Shown: positions 60,424-64,000 of the stretch, in pieces
Position numbering within the stretch: the first letter of the stretch is position 1
How the letters are laid out: the number at the start of each line of letters is the position of its first letter
From: an uncultured SAR116 cluster alpha proteobacterium
Lineage (GTDB): Bacteria > Pseudomonadota > Alphaproteobacteria > Puniceispirillales > GCA-002684695
DNA length: 64,000 bases
Direction: 5' to 3'
NCBI GenBank assembly: GCA_902539295.1
Contig: CACBIM010000003.1
Location: 62,905 to 126,904 of the forward strand
Made by a program: the position numbers and the translations under genes
The notes under the pieces: generated by a model
The model's input: the letters and a program-made list of their open reading frames with translations, nothing else
The model's database searches: none
Told to the model about the DNA's origin: nothing

Positions 60424-61398
60424 ATGAAAAAGGTTTTTGAATTTATTTGTGAAATTAGTGAATCTGGAAAAAGATTAGATATTTTTCTTTTTGAAAAAAT
60501 AAATGATAATACCAATGAAATACTATCTAGAAATAGGATAAAATCATTGATTGAAAATCAATGTGTTGAAAAAGACAACAAAGTTATCAATTCACCGTCA
60601 GTAAAAACAATTTTAAACTCAAAATATAGAATAAATGTTCCACCACCCATATCAGCAAAACCTGAACCACAAAATATTCCTTTAGACATCATCTACGAAG
60701 ACCGAGACATAATAGTTGTAAACAAACCTGCTGGAATGGTAGTGCACCCAGGTTTTGGAAACCAGGATCAAACCCTTGTTAATGCTCTTCTTTATCATTG
60801 TAAAGGTACTTTATCTGGAATTGGAGGAGTTTCAAGACCAGGCATAGTACACAGAATAGATAAAGACACATCTGGTATATTAGTTTCAGCTAAAAATGAT
60901 TATTCACATTTAAAACTATCTACTCAATTTAAAGAACATTCTATAACAAGATCTTATCTGGCTATTGTTTGGGGTGTTATTAATAAGAAAGGTGTTATTG
61001 AAAATAATATTTCTAGACACCCCTATAATAGGAAAAAAATGCATATAAGCAAAAATGGAAAACTTGGAATTACACATTGGAAGTTAAAGCAAAATTTTTC
61101 AAATATTGCCTCTCTTATTGAGTGCAATCTAAAAACTGGCAGGACACATCAAATTAGAGTCCAATTTGCAAATAACGGAAATCATCTAATAGGAGATAAA
61201 ATTTATTATAATCCAAAAACTAAAAAGCGTTATTTAAATAAAAATAATCAAAATATTTTCAATTTATTAATAAATTTTCCCAGACAAGCTCTACACGCTA
61301 AACATCTTAGTTTTTTGCATCCAACTACTAACGAAAAAATGTCATTTGAAAGTGAATTACCAGATGACATTAATAACCTTATAAGTAATTTTATTTAA
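60424..61398 (+). CDS. rluD: 23S rRNA pseudouridine synthase RluD
   Basis: S4 domain, NKPAGMVVHP, GIVHRIDKDTSG, TGRTHQIRV, RQALHA. Confidence 0.93.
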   Translation: MKKVFEFICEISESGKRLDIFLFEKINDNTNEILSRNRIKSLIENQCVEKDNKVINSPSVKTILNSKYRINVPPPISAKPEPQNIPLDIIYEDRDIIVVNKPAGMVVHPGFGNQDQTLVNALLYHCKGTLSGIGGVSRPGIVHRIDKDTSGILVSAKNDYSHLKLSTQFKEHSITRSYLAIVWGVINKKGVIENNISRHPYNRKKMHISKNGKLGITHWKLKQNFSNIASLIECNLKTGRTHQIRVQFANNGNHLIGDKIYYNPKTKKRYLNKNNQNIFNLLINFPRQALHAKHLSFLHPTTNEKMSFESELPDDINNLISNFI

Positions 61399-61400
61399 CT

Positions 61401-61429
61401 CTTGTAATATAATAATAGAATAACTATAT
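61401..61429 (+). promoter_or_regulatory. Putative RpoH-dependent promoter upstream of rpoH
   Basis: CTTGTA-N16-ACTATAT resembles the alphaproteobacterial sigma32 consensus CTTGAA-N15/16-CCTATAT. Confidence 0.5.
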
Positions 61430-61436
61430 AAAAATT

Positions 61437-62324
61437 ATGAAAAACAACATGATACCATCGATTTCTAATGAGGGTAATTTAGCTTCATATATGGAGCAAA
61501 TTAAAAAATTTCCTCTTTTAGAAGCAAAAGAGGAATACATGCTAGCAAAAGCTTGGAAAAATCAAGGTGATGTTAAAGCAGCCCATAAACTAGTTACAAG
61601 TCATTTAAGGTTAGTCGCTAAGATTGCCTCTGGATATCGTGGATATGGATTACCTTTGTCAGACCTTATTTCTGAGGGGAATATAGGTATGATGCATGCA
61701 GTTAAGAGATTTGAACCTGAAAAAGGTTTTAGATTAGCCACTTATGCAATGTGGTGGATTAAAGCTTCAATACAAGAATATATCTTAAGATCATGGTCAC
61801 TTGTTAAAATTGGCACAACAGCTGCGCAAAAGAAACTTTTTTTTAATTTAAAAAAAATTAAGTCAAAAATTTCTGCAATAGAAGACGGTGATTTAACTCC
61901 CGATCAAGTTGATAAAATTGCTACTGAGTTAAGTGTGCCTCATAAAGAAGTTATTTCAATGAATAGAAGAATTTCTGGTTCAGACTACTCTTTAAATTCC
62001 CCTGTGACAGATGATAGTAGTGGAGAATGGCAAGATTGGTTAGAAGATGATACACAAAACCAAGAAGCAAGTTTCGCCGATACAGAAGAATATTTAATTA
62101 AAAAAAATATACTTTCTGATTCTTTGGAATATTTAAACGAAAGAGAAAGAGATATTATATCTGAAAGGCAATTAAGTGAAAATCCTCTTACTTTAGAGGA
62201 GTTAAGTAATAGGTATGGTGTAAGCAGAGAAAGAATTAGACAAATTGAAGCCAAGGCATTCGAAAAATTACAAACTAAAATGACTGAAAAAGCTAAAGAT
62301 ATAAACCTTTTGCAATACAATTAA
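61437..62324 (+). CDS. rpoH: RNA polymerase sigma-32 factor RpoH
   Basis: RpoH box [37 protein letters not shown]. Confidence 0.97.
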   Translation: MKNNMIPSISNEGNLASYMEQIKKFPLLEAKEEYMLAKAWKNQGDVKAAHKLVTSHLRLVAKIASGYRGYGLPLSDLISEGNIGMMHAVKRFEPEKGFRLATYAMWWIKASIQEYILRSWSLVKIGTTAAQKKLFFNLKKIKSKISAIEDGDLTPDQVDKIATELSVPHKEVISMNRRISGSDYSLNSPVTDDSSGEWQDWLEDDTQNQEASFADTEEYLIKKNILSDSLEYLNERERDIISERQLSENPLTLEELSNRYGVSRERIRQIEAKAFEKLQTKMTEKAKDINLLQYN

Positions 62325-63610
62325 TTAAAAATATTCTCTAGTATAATTGTATCTTCTCTTCTAGGGCTTGTTGAAATTATATTTATTTTACATTCAATTA
62401 GACTTTCCAATCTTTTTATGTATTTAATTGCATTTGCAGGCAATTTATCAAAATAACTTATACCTTCAGTTTTCATATTCCATCCTTCAATAATTTCATA
62501 ATTTGGTTCAATTTGATTTTGATCTATTTGACAGGAAGGAAAAAAATTTATTTCTTTGCCTCCAATTTTATATGATGTGCATACTTTCAATTCATCAAAT
62601 TTGTCCAATACATCTAACTTTGTTAACGCTATAGATGAAATACCTGAAATTTTAATAGCTTGTTTAACCATAACAGCATCAAACCAACCACACCTCCTCT
62701 TACGACCAGTTACGGTCCCAAACTCATGTCCTAATTCGCCAAGTTTATTTCCAATCTCATTTTTTTGTTCAGTTGGAAATGGACCTGATCCAACTCTGGT
62801 GGTGTATGCTTTTGTTATACCTAATACTTTACTAATATTTAATAATCCAAAACCTGATCCGCTAGCAGCATTACCCGAAACTGTGGAAGAAGACGTTACA
62901 AATGGATATGTGCCATGATCAATGTCAAGCATAGTCCCTTGAGCACCTTCAAATAAAATTCTCTTGCCTTTTAAATTATAGTTATCAAGAGTAACCCAGG
63001 TTTCATCAGCAAATTCCAAAATATACTGAGATATATCAAGTATATTTGCAATAATATTTTCTGGATCTAAAGTCTCAAAATTTTGTGCTTTGAGCCAAAT
63101 ATTATGGTGATTCAAAAGTTTGTTTACTTTTTCCTTAAGTAGACTTTTATCTTTTAAATCTGAAACCCTTATGGCCCTTCTTGCAACCTTATCCTCATAT
63201 GCAGGTCCAATACCTCTTCCAGTTGTACCAATTTTAGAGTCACCTCTTTGGATTTCACGTGCTTTATCAATTTGAGAATGAATTGGTAATATTAATGGAG
63301 CAGAGTTTGAAATTTTCAAATTTTCACTCGAAATTTTGATACCTGTTTTTTTTATAGCCTCTATTTCATTTAATAGTGCCCATGGATCTATTACAACCCC
63401 ATTTCCTATCACAGAAATTTTATCTTGTCTTACAATACCAGAAGGTAATATAGACAATTTATAAGTTTTTCCATTGATTACAAGAGTATGGCCTGCATTA
63501 TGGCCTCCCTGAAACCTTACAATTACATCAGCATTTTCTGACAGGTAATCAACAATCTTTCCCTTACCTTCATCACCCCACTGACTTCCAACAACTACTA
63601 TATTGCTCAC
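62321..63610 (-). CDS. purA: Adenylosuccinate synthetase
   Basis: [48 protein letters not shown]; GTG start. Confidence 0.98.
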   Translation of the reverse strand: MSNIVVVGSQWGDEGKGKIVDYLSENADVIVRFQGGHNAGHTLVINGKTYKLSILPSGIVRQDKISVIGNGVVIDPWALLNEIEAIKKTGIKISSENLKISNSAPLILPIHSQIDKAREIQRGDSKIGTTGRGIGPAYEDKVARRAIRVSDLKDKSLLKEKVNKLLNHHNIWLKAQNFETLDPENIIANILDISQYILEFADETWVTLDNYNLKGKRILFEGAQGTMLDIDHGTYPFVTSSSTVSGNAASGSGFGLLNISKVLGITKAYTTRVGSGPFPTEQKNEIGNKLGELGHEFGTVTGRKRRCGWFDAVMVKQAIKISGISSIALTKLDVLDKFDELKVCTSYKIGGKEINFFPSCQIDQNQIEPNYEIIEGWNMKTEGISYFDKLPANAIKYIKRLESLIECKINIISTSPRREDTIILENIFN

Positions 63611-63669
63611 TTATTTACCTATCAATCCTTTCACAATCAAAATAAAATAAAAAGAGTATTTTTAGAAAT

Positions 63670-64000
63670 TCAAAAATTCATGCCATCGACCCTAACAACA
63701 TGTTCTAGGTTGCTGATTGATTCTATAATCATTTTATTTACTTTCTGATCAACTGCAATTAAAGCGACAGCTTCACCAGAGTTTTCTCTTCTTCCTAAAT
63801 GAAAAGAGGCAATATTAATATCTTTTTCTGCAAGCAAAGTCCCAATGGATCCAATAAACCCAGGCTTATCATAGTTCCTAACATAAAGCATATTTGTAAA
63901 AAAATTTGCTTCTATTGGGATCCCTTGAACTTCTGTAATTCTTGGAATTTTACCGCCTATTAAAGTTCCTGAAATTTTACGCGATTTACTTTCATAATTT
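63670..64000 (-). CDS. serA: D-3-phosphoglycerate dehydrogenase, C-terminal ACT region (5' part outside window)
   Basis: MLYVRN-DKPGFIG--G--L----INIASFHLGR ACT domain; upstream of purA. Confidence 0.85.
   Translation of the reverse strand, partial: NYESKSRKISGTLIGGKIPRITEVQGIPIEANFFTNMLYVRNYDKPGFIGSIGTLLAEKDINIASFHLGRRENSGEAVALIAVDQKVNKMIIESISNLEHVVRVDGMNF

Overview
AT-rich chromosomal segment from a streamlined, probably marine alphaproteobacterium (SAR116/Rhodospirillales-like by gene content; taxonomy is inference). In order: the end of a Sox sulfur-oxidation cluster (single-heme soxD, soxB, convergent soxE-like/soxF), a photolyase, tuf with tRNA-Tyr, rlmB, a BMP-family nucleoside ABC transporter with cdd, and tRNA-Thr(UGU). 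A ~4.15 kb integrase-less island follows the tRNA (a membrane protein and a secreted FG-GAP beta-propeller with a duplicated C-terminal domain) and ends at a degenerate copy of the tRNA 3' end. Then come an atypical PEP carboxylase, small metabolic genes, djlA, RNase P RNA, the full dcw cluster (mraZ to ftsZ), lpxC-bamD-recN-ligA, pepP-prmA-uvrD, mlaA/mlaC, ettA, rluD, rpoH, purA and the end of serA. I found no CRISPR array, integrase, transposase or reverse transcriptase. The most notable signals are a perfect alphaproteobacterial LexA box stacked with MraZ boxes in front of the dcw operon, the tRNA-Thr island with att/arm-like remnants, and parallel loss of heme domains from two Sox cytochromes.
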